Positions 26,275 through 35,704 of a stretch of 64,000 nt of DNA are shown here, piece by piece (positions within the stretch are counted from its first letter, which is position 1; each line of letters opens with the position of its first letter). The DNA lies in NCBI GenBank assembly GCA_005882775.1, contig VBDY01000122.1:9317-73316 (forward strand). Reading direction: 5' to 3'. Source of the stretch: Chloroflexota bacterium (GTDB lineage Bacteria > Chloroflexota > Dormibacteria > CF-121). The position numbers were made by a program, and so were the translations under genes. The notes below the pieces were generated by a model. It saw only the letters and a list, made by a program, of their open reading frames with translations, made no database searches and was not told the DNA's origin.

Positions 26275-29200
26275 GTTTAGCGTGGCGGCCATGGGCAACG
26301 TCATACCGTGGTCGCAGATTCACCCCACCGTCAAGAGCGAGGCGCCCTTCGTCAGCGTCCTGATCATCGACCCCACCCGCCAGCTGTGCGTCAGCGAGCA
26401 GATCCCGCTGGACCAGGAGGTCCTGGTTCATCCTGATGTCGCTGCCTCCGAGACCATCGCGGCGGCGCAGCAGGCTGCCGCCCGGGTGGCCAGCATGTAC
26501 CGTCAGCGTCTCAAGCAGGCGCCGACAGGGCCGGCATCCCCGGGCAGGCCTCGAATGGCGACGCCAGATCAGACACCGCCCCGATTCCGTGTGCTCAAGG
26601 GCGGATTGCGCCCGGCGCGCTAGCCCTAAGCGTTCGAGACCTGGTGCTCCTCTTCCAGAGAGTGCTCCGGGGCTGAGCCGTCCTCCGGTCCCCTTCTCCG
26701 CACGCTCCGCGAGTGAATCGTCCTTGGAGAAGAGGACGATCTGATGGTCCTGGCCGAGCCGGCCCAGCTCATCGAGCGCAGCCCGCATCCGGCGCCGGTC
26801 GGCATGCACCAGGGCCTCGTCGAGGAGCAGGGGAGGGGGTTCGGCGTTGCCTCCGATGATGCGGGCCAGTGCCACCCGCTCCAGCAGGTAGATCAGCGAG
26901 CGCGTTCCCAGGCTGAGGTTGTCCACGTCTCGGAAACCGCGCTGCTCCTGGGACTTTACCTGCAGAGTCAGGTCGTCCCCGACCTGGACGTCGCGATAGC
27001 GCCCGTTCGTGATCGGCGACAGCTGTCCCTGTAGTTGCGACTTGAGGCGGGGGATAACCGCGCGACGGACGGACCGGGCAGCCGCTTCCAGGGTTTCGAT
27101 GGCGAGGTCGTACGCGTGCGCCTCGACCTCCAGATGTTGGAGCTGTTCCCTGACGGCGCTGATCTCTTCTTCCAGGGAGGCGACGTCCCCGATCTGCATG
27201 AGCCGGTCGTTGAGCAGACCCTCGGCCCGAGCCCGCTCCTCCTGGGCCCGCTCCTTGGCCGCCCGGTGCTGGTCTCGCTGACGCTCCAATTCCGCCAGCG
27301 GCAGGGCGCGGTACTCGGCGACCCGCTGCGGGTCGAGGCCACGCATGGTTTCGGCGAGCTGCGATTCGAGGTCGGCCACCAGCTTGGCGAGTGAGGCGCT
27401 CTCCTGTTCCCCGGCGACCGTCTTCAGCTGATCGTCCAGGTCGCTCAGCCGGGCGGTCGAGCCGCGGTGCGCCTGGGCCCGGTCGACCGCCGCATCCCAC
27501 GCCTGTGCCGCCGCTTCTGGGTCCGTGGCATTGATACCGGCCGGTCCGTAGATGGCGGACAGCTGGCGGGTGTAATCCTCAGCCTTTGTCTGCTCGGCCT
27601 GGGCGCGCTCGGCCGGCTGCCGGAGCTGTTCGAGCTGGGCGTCGAGCTGCTCGATCCGGGTGCGCACCTGCTGGGCGGCACGGGCTGCTTCACAGGAGAT
27701 GATGAAGTCGCGACCGGCCGCGAGCGCCTCTCGCCGGTCGAAGCCTAAGCGGTCGAGGACGCTGTGCAGTCGCTGCCGAAGCTGCTCGCGCTTCTCGTCC
27801 AGAGCCGCCTCCGCGCGCGAAGCGTCCTGGGCCCTCTGGCTGGCTGCCGCCCAGGCGAGCCCGTCCTGGGCGAGCACATCGATCAGTTTGGCCGTCTGTT
27901 CCACGGACTCGTCCGTCGGGGCCGGCTGCGAAAGGCCCCACGACCCGACCATCTCCCGCAACGCCCGGCCGGCTGTCTGGGCCTTCTCCTCGAGCTCGGT
28001 CGCCTGCCGGTCCAGCTCCAGCCTGGTGGCGTCGTAGCGGACCTTCTGCAGGTGCTCCACCAGCGCTTGCTGGAGCTCCCCGGATGACCGAACGCCCCAG
28101 GCCGAGAGAATCTCACGGCGCTTGGTCCGGGCTTCGTCTTTGGCCCGGAGCCGCCGGTCCACCTCGCGGTGAGCGGCCGCCCGGACCCAGATTCCGATAC
28201 CGGTCGCCAGCACCCCCATGCCCAGGAGGAAGAAGGCGGTGCCGACCAGGGCCAGCGGCATGCCGCCCGAGAGTGCCAGGAACGCGATCAGGATGGCCAG
28301 CGCCGTGAGTAGCAGCCCGCCGAGCCAGGCGCCCAGGAAAATGTTCTGTCGCGCCCGGGCCCGCTCCGCCATCGCTTCCTCCCGTCGCATCGCCTCTTCC
28401 GCCTGCTGGCCGGCCTTGATCACGTCCGGCACTTCCTTGTAGCGGGCGATGTCGTGCTTGAGCTGCTCCAGCCGCGGCGGCAGCTCGGCTCCGGCTCGGG
28501 TACGTGCCTCGAGGGCGACGATGTGCCGCTCGCGCCACTCCGCATAGTGCCGCTGAAACTCGATCTGCCGGGCGGTCCAGTCCAGGTTTTGCCCGATCAT
28601 GCCGGGATGCCGCTCAGCGATCCGTCGCACCTCCTCGCCGGCGGCGTGCGCGCGCAGATGCACGTCTGGCGCCTGGGTGTCGGCGTAGGTCAGGGACGAG
28701 ACCAGCTCACGAACGAGCGGCTCTTCTTTCAGGGCCAGCTCATCGACGCCGCGGGCCCGGTTTTCCTGGCCCTGCGCTTCCGAGTCCAGCCGGGCGCGCT
28801 CGGCCTCGAGGTCCTTGACCTGGTCGGCAACCTCGGCAGCGCGCTTTAAGAAATCGTTCTGGGCTTCGCGAGCCGCGCGGAGGTGGCTGCGAAGCTCGAG
28901 CACTTTTGGATGGCGCTCCACCGCGAGCGAGGCAAATGTGGCGTGGTCCTGCTGGCGCTGGGTTTCCTCGCGAATTGCGCCCTGCAGCTGTGCCACATGG
29001 TCGAGCCGGCGGCGCGCCTCCTCCAGGCGCGAGCCGAGCACGGCGGCTTCCAGCATCTGCACGATCGACAGCTCAGCCTCGGTCAGGGCGGCCACCGCCT
29101 CCCGTTTCTGAGCGAGCTCATCCACGGCGGAGCGGGCTTTGCGGGCGGCCGTGATCTGGCGCTCCAGGTCGTTCAGGCGGGCTTCGAGATCGTGCAGTGG

Positions 29201-29794
29201 TCCACTCCTGGCCCGCGGCCGCCCGATTCTGTGGACCCGCTCCTGCCGGAGCCGGTCGAGCACCTTGGAGGCGGTGCGGTCGGGATGGGCCGAGTCCGCC
29301 AGGGCGGTGATCGCCTCCTTGATGCTGCCCGCGTCCTCGAGCCGCATCACCTCGCTGCGCGAGATGCAGGCGGTGTTGCCGTAGATCTCCCGCGTGACGC
29401 CGAGCAATTGCCGCCCCACCTGGAGACTTCCCCAGGGGTCGCGCTCGAACCGCTCGGTGATATCGTCACCGGCCGAGAGGTCGGTGACACGGACCGTCTC
29501 GGCATCGAGGTCTCGATCGATTCGCAGACGGGTCCCGTCGTCGAGCTCGACCTCGAGTCCGAGGCCAAAACCGCCACCCTGCCAGGGCCGCCACCGGTCG
29601 CTGTTCTCAACCGCTGCCGCCCGGCTTCGCTGGCGGTCGGACGCTAACCCGTAGAGCCCGGTGAGGATCGCCTCCTGGAGGGTGGATTTCCCCGCCTCGT
29701 TGGGTCCGACGACCAGGTTCATGGACTTTCCGAACCTGAGGTCTGTGCCCCGAAGGCTGCCAAAGCCGTCGATCTGGATCCGGGTGAGCCTCAT
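26264..29794 (-). CDS. SbcC/YhaN-like SMC-fold ATPase with two TM helices in place of a zinc hook
   Basis: Walker A GPNEAGKST at the N-terminus, long coiled-coils, a central hydrophobic hairpin (NIFLGAWLGGLLLTALAILIAFLALSGG...LVGTAFFLLGMGVLATGIGIWV), a C-terminal Walker B LLLDEAL and an H-loop-like HQIVLFSK. The ATG overlaps the upstream stop (ATGA). The ORF continues ~150 aa of low-complexity sequence past the expected end. Confidence 0.8.
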   Translation of the reverse strand: MRLTRIQIDGFGSLRGTDLRFGKSMNLVVGPNEAGKSTLQEAILTGLYGLASDRQRSRAAAVENSDRWRPWQGGGFGLGLEVELDDGTRLRIDRDLDAETVRVTDLSAGDDITERFERDPWGSLQVGRQLLGVTREIYGNTACISRSEVMRLEDAGSIKEAITALADSAHPDRTASKVLDRLRQERVHRIGRPRARSGPLHDLEARLNDLERQITAARKARSAVDELAQKREAVAALTEAELSIVQMLEAAVLGSRLEEARRRLDHVAQLQGAIREETQRQQDHATFASLAVERHPKVLELRSHLRAAREAQNDFLKRAAEVADQVKDLEAERARLDSEAQGQENRARGVDELALKEEPLVRELVSSLTYADTQAPDVHLRAHAAGEEVRRIAERHPGMIGQNLDWTARQIEFQRHYAEWRERHIVALEARTRAGAELPPRLEQLKHDIARYKEVPDVIKAGQQAEEAMRREEAMAERARARQNIFLGAWLGGLLLTALAILIAFLALSGGMPLALVGTAFFLLGMGVLATGIGIWVRAAAHREVDRRLRAKDEARTKRREILSAWGVRSSGELQQALVEHLQKVRYDATRLELDRQATELEEKAQTAGRALREMVGSWGLSQPAPTDESVEQTAKLIDVLAQDGLAWAAASQRAQDASRAEAALDEKREQLRQRLHSVLDRLGFDRREALAAGRDFIISCEAARAAQQVRTRIEQLDAQLEQLRQPAERAQAEQTKAEDYTRQLSAIYGPAGINATDPEAAAQAWDAAVDRAQAHRGSTARLSDLDDQLKTVAGEQESASLAKLVADLESQLAETMRGLDPQRVAEYRALPLAELERQRDQHRAAKERAQEERARAEGLLNDRLMQIGDVASLEEEISAVREQLQHLEVEAHAYDLAIETLEAAARSVRRAVIPRLKSQLQGQLSPITNGRYRDVQVGDDLTLQVKSQEQRGFRDVDNLSLGTRSLIYLLERVALARIIGGNAEPPPLLLDEALVHADRRRMRAALDELGRLGQDHQIVLFSKDDSLAERAEKGTGGRLSPGALSGRGAPGLERLGLARRAQSALEHTESGRCLIWRRHSRPARGCRPCRRLLETLTVHAGHPGGSLLRRRDGLGGSDIRMNQDLLVQRDLLADAQLAGGVDDQDADEGRLALDGGVNLRPRYDVAHGRHAKRRL
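26291..26623 (+). CDS. Hypothetical protein (conflicts with the 3' extension of the YhaN-like ORF on the opposite strand)
   Basis: Diverse, protein-like composition, preceded by the palindromic motif. The overlapping minus-strand tail is low-complexity. Which of the two is real is unresolved. Confidence 0.25.
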   Translation: MGNVIPWSQIHPTVKSEAPFVSVLIIDPTRQLCVSEQIPLDQEVLVHPDVAASETIAAAQQAAARVASMYRQRLKQAPTGPASPGRPRMATPDQTPPRFRVLKGGLRPAR

Positions 29795-30885
29795 GTGTCG
29801 AAGGCGTCCAGTGCCAGCTGAAGGGCGCGGTCGACGGTCTCGTGGGTTTCGCCTTTTGCGCTGCGCTGGTCGACCAGCTTGCGGACGAGCTCGCCACGGC
29901 TGGTGAATTCCTGGGCCATCGCGTCCACGTCGTGAGCGATCCGGGACTGGTCCCGGAACTCGAGATGGGCGAAGCCGTCTCCGCACTCGAGCGTGAGCGC
30001 CTGGGGGTCCATCTCCAGTGACCTGGAGCGCTCGCCGGTGAGGACGGCTCGGATGACCGCGCCCTGTAGACCCCTACTCTCCCTCAATGCCTGGAGGGCC
30101 TGGCGCACGTGTTCGGGGCTGGTCATGCCGGTGATATCGATCGTCTCCTCGATGAAGCGTCGCTGGTTGATGTCCTCCAGGTTCACCACCACCGACCCGT
30201 CGTCGCCCACCGTCACCAGGGCAACGCAGTGTCTGCCAGCTTCGTCCCACCCCAGCGGCTCGGGGCTTCCCGGATAGGTGATCCACCTGTCGGTCTGGGC
30301 GGCGTGGTAGTGGCCCAGCAGGGCGTGCTGAAAACCGTTCTCCTTCACCTGGGTCGGAGTGATGGGCGCGAAGGGCGTCGTGCCCTCGGGCAGCTGGCTG
30401 ATGTCAGAAGCGTGGAGCAACAGAAGGTTGTGCCCACCTTCCACCGGGGTCGCGTCCCGAAGCGGCGCTTCGGCCACGTCGGGCCGGGTGAAACCGGCCG
30501 CCCAGACGGTGACGTCGTGAAAGGGATAGGCGCGCAACTCCTCGTGCGCCGCGATCGTCACGTTCTCCGGCCAGCGCAGGTAGCGGTAGGGCGAGCTGGG
30601 GACCGCCGGGTCCCGGTTGCCGGGCGCGATCAGGACCGGCCGCCCGGCATCGCCCAGGGTCTCGACCACGAAGGCCGCCGTCTCGCGCGTGATGTGGTCG
30701 TGTTCAAAAAGGTCGCCACCGCAGGTGATCAGGTCGCTGTCCTCCTGGCGCGCTCGGTCGACTATGCGGCTCAGCGCTGCCCGTAGGTCCTCGCGCCGGC
30801 GCTGTCCTGCCGCCCCTAAGAGCCGCTGTCCGGCAAACGACCGATCGAGATGCAGGTCAGCAAAATGCAGCAGGCGAAGGGCCAC
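29791..30885 (-). CDS. SbcD/YhaO-like Mre11-family nuclease (calcineurin-like phosphoesterase)
   Basis: GTG start (VALRLLHFADLHLD), GDLFEH, and the GNRD and GHYH metallophosphatase motifs. Confidence 0.8.
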   Translation of the reverse strand: MALRLLHFADLHLDRSFAGQRLLGAAGQRRREDLRAALSRIVDRARQEDSDLITCGGDLFEHDHITRETAAFVVETLGDAGRPVLIAPGNRDPAVPSSPYRYLRWPENVTIAAHEELRAYPFHDVTVWAAGFTRPDVAEAPLRDATPVEGGHNLLLLHASDISQLPEGTTPFAPITPTQVKENGFQHALLGHYHAAQTDRWITYPGSPEPLGWDEAGRHCVALVTVGDDGSVVVNLEDINQRRFIEETIDITGMTSPEHVRQALQALRESRGLQGAVIRAVLTGERSRSLEMDPQALTLECGDGFAHLEFRDQSRIAHDVDAMAQEFTSRGELVRKLVDQRSAKGETHETVDRALQLALDAFDT

Positions 30886-30998
30886 AAAACCCCCGTAGGA
30901 ATTCGATTTCTGCCCGACGAAGACGCGGTCGGACGGCGAAGCAGCGCCAATTATAGAGGTTGTGCGGCAGCACCAAGACAACTTGGTAACTTGACCGC

Positions 30999-31994
30999 AT
31001 GGGCTCGTTCGAGAAGGGCGATCGGGGCGCCCGCATCTTGAAGCTGCAAACACTGCTCCAGGGCAACCCCCGAGGGCTCTTTCCCAGGGAGATCGCCCGC
31101 CGGACCGGGGTAACCACTCGCACCACATATCGCGACATCGCCGCGCTCGAGTCCATGAATGTCCCGATCTACGAGGACGAGGGGCGAATCATCATCGACC
31201 CGAACTACTTCGTCGCGCCGGTCAAATTCACGCTGCGTGAGGCGATGGCGCTGCTGATCGGGGTTCGGCTGATGCATCGTCATTCGGACGAGGCGGATCC
31301 GGACATCGCGGATGCGTTTACCAAGCTGGCCGCGGTTCTGCCGGCGCCGGTGGCCGAGTACGTACACGCGACCGTGCGCCAGATGGCCGAGCGTCCGTCC
31401 AACCCGGGCTTTTCCCGGGTATTCCAGGCCATCGCCCTGGGCTGGGCCGGACGCAAGGTGGTACGCATCTGGTATCCGTCGGCATCCGGCGACCTCAAGC
31501 CGCGCCTGATCGAACCGTATTTCGTCGAACCATCGCTAATCGGTCACAGCAGCTACGTGGTGGCTCGCGATCGCGACCTCCAGGAAATGCGCACCTTCAA
31601 GCTGGAACGGATTGACCGCGCCGAGTCGACGCACCAGACCTACGACATCCCCCGCGAGTTCGACATCAATGCTTATTTGTCAAAAGCCTGGGGCATCTTT
31701 CACTCAGGCGAACCGGTTGAGGTGCGCCTCCGGTTTTATCCGCCGGCCGCCGCCCGTGTGCGCGAGACGATCTGGCATCCGTCACAGCAGCTCAGCCCCG
31801 GTCCTGAGGGCGCGGTCGACATGAGCGTGACCGTCGCCGGCACGGTTGAGATCACACCCTGGATCCTGGGATGGGGAGATGCTGTCGAGGTCCTGGCGCC
31901 GGTCGATCTGCGCGGGCGGATTGCAGAGACAGCGTCGAGACTGGCGGATCGCAACGGCGCCGTTGTGGCGCGCCGGGCTACGGTCGGCGGTTAG
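30999..31994 (+). CDS. HTH-WYL-WCX transcriptional regulator (PafBC-like)
   Basis: N-terminal HTH (TGVTTRTTYRDIAALE) and a WYL domain (VRIWYPSASGDLKPRLIEPYFV). It is divergent from the sbcD/sbcC-like pair, separated by 113 nt. Confidence 0.8.
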   Translation: MGSFEKGDRGARILKLQTLLQGNPRGLFPREIARRTGVTTRTTYRDIAALESMNVPIYEDEGRIIIDPNYFVAPVKFTLREAMALLIGVRLMHRHSDEADPDIADAFTKLAAVLPAPVAEYVHATVRQMAERPSNPGFSRVFQAIALGWAGRKVVRIWYPSASGDLKPRLIEPYFVEPSLIGHSSYVVARDRDLQEMRTFKLERIDRAESTHQTYDIPREFDINAYLSKAWGIFHSGEPVEVRLRFYPPAAARVRETIWHPSQQLSPGPEGAVDMSVTVAGTVEITPWILGWGDAVEVLAPVDLRGRIAETASRLADRNGAVVARRATVGG

Positions 31995-32197
31995 GCAGCC
32001 GCCTGGGGCGACTTTCCGCACTTAGGGCAGACGCTCTTGGCCTTCAGCTCCGCCCTCCGAAACGCGTGGCCGCCGCAGTGCGGGCACAAACCGCCCGGGC
32101 GCAGGCTGTGCTTGCGCTCCTCCTGCTGGATCCGCTCGCGGACCCGGCTCTCCTGCGGTGTGTCGACGTAGCGTGGGTCCGAAGGGTCGTGGGTCAC
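31991..32197 (-). CDS. Small zinc-ribbon protein
   Basis: CPHCG...CPKCG. ATGA overlap with the upstream UDG-like gene. Confidence 0.5.
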   Translation of the reverse strand: MTHDPSDPRYVDTPQESRVRERIQQEERKHSLRPGGLCPHCGGHAFRRAELKAKSVCPKCGKSPQAAA

Positions 32198-32940
32198 GCT
32201 GCCTTCATCTCCCCAGGCTCCAGGTCCGAGGCGCGCATCGAATCCGCAAGCGCCCTCCCGATCACCTCGGGCCGGTACGCCACGTCCTTCTGATATGGGT
32301 GAACACTCAGAATGACCGGAACGGACCGATTCTCCTGGCTATAGGTCAGCCGCTGGCCGTGCATCGCGGTCATCGGCTTCCATCCCTCCCAGCTGTTCTG
32401 GTTGCGCCACCAGAAATAGCGGGCCATCGGGCCGCCCATGGCGACGATCGCGCGTGGGGCAAGCGTGGCAAGCAGGCCTTCCAGGTGGCGCTCGCCGCAC
32501 TGGTTAACCGCCGCCTCCGTCACCCGGTCGGGGTTCTCGGTGGCGCAGCGGACCGACCAGCTATGAAAGGCGAAGTCGAAAGGGTCGTGCTTGCCGGGCG
32601 TCTGGCCAAACCGCCGGCGCAGCTCGAGCAGCACCGCCCTGACGAAGCGGAAGTAGGGCTGCACGGTCTCGGATGCCAGGTGCTGCTGGAGAGCCGACTC
32701 GCGGTCGAGCCAGGTCTGAAAAGCCTCGTTGCTCGTGCTCGCCGGATCCAGCGGGCTCGGGCTCAGGAACAGGATCGGAGCATGCGGGTTGCCCAGACCG
32801 ATCTGGGGGCGCCGCAGTGGGCGGGCCAGATCGTGGCAGGGGCTATCTGAGCCGCGGTCGGCTTCAGCGATCGCGCATCCGTGCAGCCTCTTCAGGGCGT
32901 CCGAACCGAAGAATTGCAGGTACTCAGACGCTTTGCTCAT
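32194..32940 (-). CDS. Uracil-DNA glycosylase superfamily protein (divergent family)
   Basis: UDG-fold order of motifs: APILFLSPSP (motif-A position) ... AIVAMGG ... VPVILSVHPYQ (motif-B position). The start is chosen at MSKASEY; the ORF is open to 33126. Confidence 0.5.
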   Translation of the reverse strand: MSKASEYLQFFGSDALKRLHGCAIAEADRGSDSPCHDLARPLRRPQIGLGNPHAPILFLSPSPLDPASTSNEAFQTWLDRESALQQHLASETVQPYFRFVRAVLLELRRRFGQTPGKHDPFDFAFHSWSVRCATENPDRVTEAAVNQCGERHLEGLLATLAPRAIVAMGGPMARYFWWRNQNSWEGWKPMTAMHGQRLTYSQENRSVPVILSVHPYQKDVAYRPEVIGRALADSMRASDLEPGEMKAA

Positions 32941-33018
32941 GCTTGTAGGGACGCGCGCCACGGCCGCATCTTGCACGCGCGCCGGGGCCATTTCTGGGAC
33001 CGGGCCTACCATGAGCCC

Positions 33019-33336
33019 GTGAACGTACCCTCGATCACGGCCGAGGAGGCGCACCGGCAATTGCAGCTCGACCCCCGCCCGCGGGTGCTGGATGTCCGGG
33101 AGCCGTGGGAATACGCCGCCGGCCACGTACCCGGCGCCCAGCTGATTCCGCTCGGCGAGCTGGAGGCGCGAGTGGCCGAGGTTCCCCGTGACCAGCCGAT
33201 CCTGTCGATCTGCCAGGTGGGCCAGCGAAGCCTGGCCGCGGCCGCCTTCCTGATCAGCCAGGGGTACCGGGATGTCACGAATATCGATGGCGGTACGACT
33301 GCCTGGCTCGAACGCGGCTACCCCGTCGATTTCTGA
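33019..33336 (+). CDS. Single-domain rhodanese (sulfurtransferase)
   Basis: GTG start. Active-site loop CQVGQRS, with REPWEYAAGHVPGA and a GG..AW tail. Confidence 0.7.
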   Translation: MNVPSITAEEAHRQLQLDPRPRVLDVREPWEYAAGHVPGAQLIPLGELEARVAEVPRDQPILSICQVGQRSLAAAAFLISQGYRDVTNIDGGTTAWLERGYPVDF

Positions 33337-33355
33337 GCCTTTGGCCTGATTCTGC

Positions 33356-33378
33356 GACAGACAGCTGTCGCAACCGCC
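33356..33378. repeat. 23-nt GACAGCTGTC-containing motif, copy 2
   Basis: gacagacagctgtcgcaaccgcc, ~85 nt upstream of the rmuC TTG start. Confidence 0.6.
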
Positions 33379-33452
33379 CGCTTGACTTTACCCGTGCACA
33401 ACACCACCATTGACCGGACGGATCGTCCTCTAAGCGTCTTGAAGGAGTCCTC

Positions 33453-34562
33453 TTGAACGTCCTGGTATTCGTCCTGGCGGTCGTCGCCCTCGCCGCGGTA
33501 GCGGTAGCGATCTTCCTGGCCCTCAGCGGTCGCCGGACGGAGGGAACGGTCTCCACCGAGGCGGTTTTGCGTGCCGTGGCGGAACTCGGTTCTCTTAAAT
33601 CACAGGTCGAGACGGTTTCCTCTCAGCAGGTCTCCTTTGCCCAGACGCTTGGCAATCTTCACCTCGCGATGCAGGGGGTTGAGAGCAAGGTCCTGGAGAG
33701 CTCGGCGGGTGTGAAAGATGCCCTCGGCCGCGAGCTGCAGGAGGCGCGGGTGGCGGTGGAGCGGATCAAGGTCGACGCCGAGTCGCGTCACCGGATGGAG
33801 GAGGAGGTTCAGGCCTCGGCCCGGCGAATTGAGACGGTCCTGCTGGGGAGCCGCACGCGGGGCGCCGCCGGCGAAAACATCCTCGAGGACGCTTTCCGGC
33901 AGTTTCCAGCCGAGATGATCGAGAGCAACTTCCGGGTGAACGGCAAGGTGGTCGAGTACGCGCTCATCCTGGCTAATGGCAAACGGCTCCCGATCGATAG
34001 CAAGTGGCCGCTGCCCGAGCTCCTCGATCGGCTTCCCGACGAACTGTCAGACCCGGCACGCGAGGCAGCCGCAATCAACGAGGTGGAGCGGGTGCTCCGC
34101 ACCAAGGTGCGGGAGGTTCGCCAGTACATCGATCCAGCCTGCACCCTCGGGTTCGCGGTCGCGGCCGTTCCGGACGCGGTCTTCAATGCCTGCCGGCGCG
34201 GCCACCTCGAGGCCTACCGGGAGGGCGTGATCCTGATGCCCTACAGCATGACCGTCCCCTACGTGCTGGCATTGTTCCGCCTCCACCTCCAGTACGCACG
34301 GTCGATCGACGTCGAGAACCTGGAGGGCTACCTGCAGCAGATCGAAGACAGCATCGGGGCGTTGGACCGATCTCTCGAGAACAGTATTGCCCGGGGCAGC
34401 ACCATGATCCAGAACGCCTTCAACGATTGCAAACGCACCCTGGGACAGATGCGTGGGGCGGTGGCGGCGCTGCGGGCCATTCCGCAAGAGGCCTCGGCCG
34501 AGGGAGCGGCCGGCGATCTACCGTTTCCGGCAGAGGCCGAGCGGCTCACCCTGATTCGTTAG
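33453..34562 (+). CDS. rmuC: DNA recombination protein RmuC
   Basis: TTG start with GAAGGAG SD. N-terminal TM anchor plus coiled-coil, then the RmuC core (GENILEDAFRQFP...YALILANGKRLPIDSKWP). Confidence 0.85.
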   Translation: MNVLVFVLAVVALAAVAVAIFLALSGRRTEGTVSTEAVLRAVAELGSLKSQVETVSSQQVSFAQTLGNLHLAMQGVESKVLESSAGVKDALGRELQEARVAVERIKVDAESRHRMEEEVQASARRIETVLLGSRTRGAAGENILEDAFRQFPAEMIESNFRVNGKVVEYALILANGKRLPIDSKWPLPELLDRLPDELSDPAREAAAINEVERVLRTKVREVRQYIDPACTLGFAVAAVPDAVFNACRRGHLEAYREGVILMPYSMTVPYVLALFRLHLQYARSIDVENLEGYLQQIEDSIGALDRSLENSIARGSTMIQNAFNDCKRTLGQMRGAVAALRAIPQEASAEGAAGDLPFPAEAERLTLIR

Positions 34563-35023
34563 GAGAGACCAGGGGTGCGGGCGAGCCGCATCACCAGCAC
34601 GAATAACGCCAGGAAGGCGCCGCCTGCCAGGAACACCATGTTGTTCGGGCGTGCGTCGCCATCGACCACGAGGCTGTCATCGGCCATCACCGTGCCGGCC
34701 TCGTTGCTCACCTGAATTCGGTAGGAACCCTGGGGAAGGTCGGGCGGAAGCTTGGCCAGCAGGTGGTACCCGTCGCTCACGTCAACCGTGGTCGCGGCTC
34801 GGCTCCCAATCTCGACCTGGGTCGTCGGCGTGAAATTCTGGCCGAGGATCATGATGTTGGGCTGGAGACGGAGATTGACTCTTACCGGGCTCACCTGAAA
34901 GATCTGGGGAGTCTTGCGGAGCGGCGAAGCCGGCTTCGAGGACGCGGCCGCGGCCACTGTCCCGAGAGCCATCACCAGCCAGGCGATGGTCACGGCGCCG
35001 AGCAACCGCTGAATCAACCTCAT
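34559..35023 (-). CDS. Exported hypothetical protein with C-terminal membrane anchor
   Basis: Signal peptide, a beta-rich middle, and a hydrophobic C-terminus. Confidence 0.5.
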   Translation of the reverse strand: MRLIQRLLGAVTIAWLVMALGTVAAAASSKPASPLRKTPQIFQVSPVRVNLRLQPNIMILGQNFTPTTQVEIGSRAATTVDVSDGYHLLAKLPPDLPQGSYRIQVSNEAGTVMADDSLVVDGDARPNNMVFLAGGAFLALFVLVMRLARTPGLS

Positions 35024-35161
35024 CCGATTCCTCTACTGAAGTAAACGACAAGACCGCGAAGGGACTCGTGACGAAGTGGACCATTGGTCCTGCGCAAATG
35101 GACGTATCCGTAACCCCGGGCGCAACCTGTCGACCGGTTTGTAAGCCGGGCCGTTAGAAAA

Positions 35162-35198
35162 GAAAAAACCCCTGGCCCGGCCAGGGGTTTTTGGTTTT
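35162..35198 (-). terminator. Rho-independent terminator (bidirectional hairpin) immediately after the histone-like gene
   Basis: aaaaaaCCCCTGGcccggCCAGGGGtttttggtttt, with A-run and T-run flanks. Confidence 0.6.
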
Positions 35199-35200
35199 GG

Positions 35201-35704
35201 TCAGCGGTTGGAACCGCCCGGCCAGGACTGCTCCGGCGGGCGCTCGCCGATCTTGATGCGCTCGGCTCCGCCGCTGCCAAACGATGGCGATTCCGGCTCG
35301 GACGGGGAACCCAACCCGGATCCAAAGCCTGAGCCCCCCATCGGCTCAACCGGTCTCGCCACCGGCCGCGCGGGCTGTGCCGCCAGAGGGGCAGCCGGCC
35401 TGGGTAGGGCGGCAGGCTTTGGCAAGGTCATCGCCGCGGCGGCTGGCTTCCGGCTGGCCGCCTTCGGTCGCGCCGCGCGCTTGGGCGCGGCTTTCTTCGG
35501 AGCCGCCTTCCTGGCCGTGCTCCGCTTGGCCGTCGACTTCTTCGCCGTGCTGCGCTTCGCCGTGCTGCGCTTCGCGCTGGTGCGCTTTGCGGTGGTGCGC
35601 TTCGAGCCCGTCCGCTTGGCGGTGGCCTTTTTGGCGGTCCCTCGCCTGGCCGTCGAGCGCTTGGCCGTGGACTTCTTGCTCGAGGATTTCTTCTTCGCCG
35701 GCAT
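35201..35704 (-). CDS. Histone H1-like, Lys/Ala-rich nucleoid-associated protein with tandem (S/T)AKR(S/T) repeats
   Basis: ATG at 35704 preceded by GGGAGGAG. MPAKKKSSSKKSTAKRSTARRGTAKKATAKRTGSKRTTAKRTSAKRSTAKRSTAKKSTAKRSTARKAAPKKAAPKRAARPKAASRK..., then a Gly/Ser-rich acidic tail. Confidence 0.7.
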   Translation of the reverse strand: MPAKKKSSSKKSTAKRSTARRGTAKKATAKRTGSKRTTAKRTSAKRSTAKRSTAKKSTAKRSTARKAAPKKAAPKRAARPKAASRKPAAAAMTLPKPAALPRPAAPLAAQPARPVARPVEPMGGSGFGSGLGSPSEPESPSFGSGGAERIKIGERPPEQSWPGGSNR

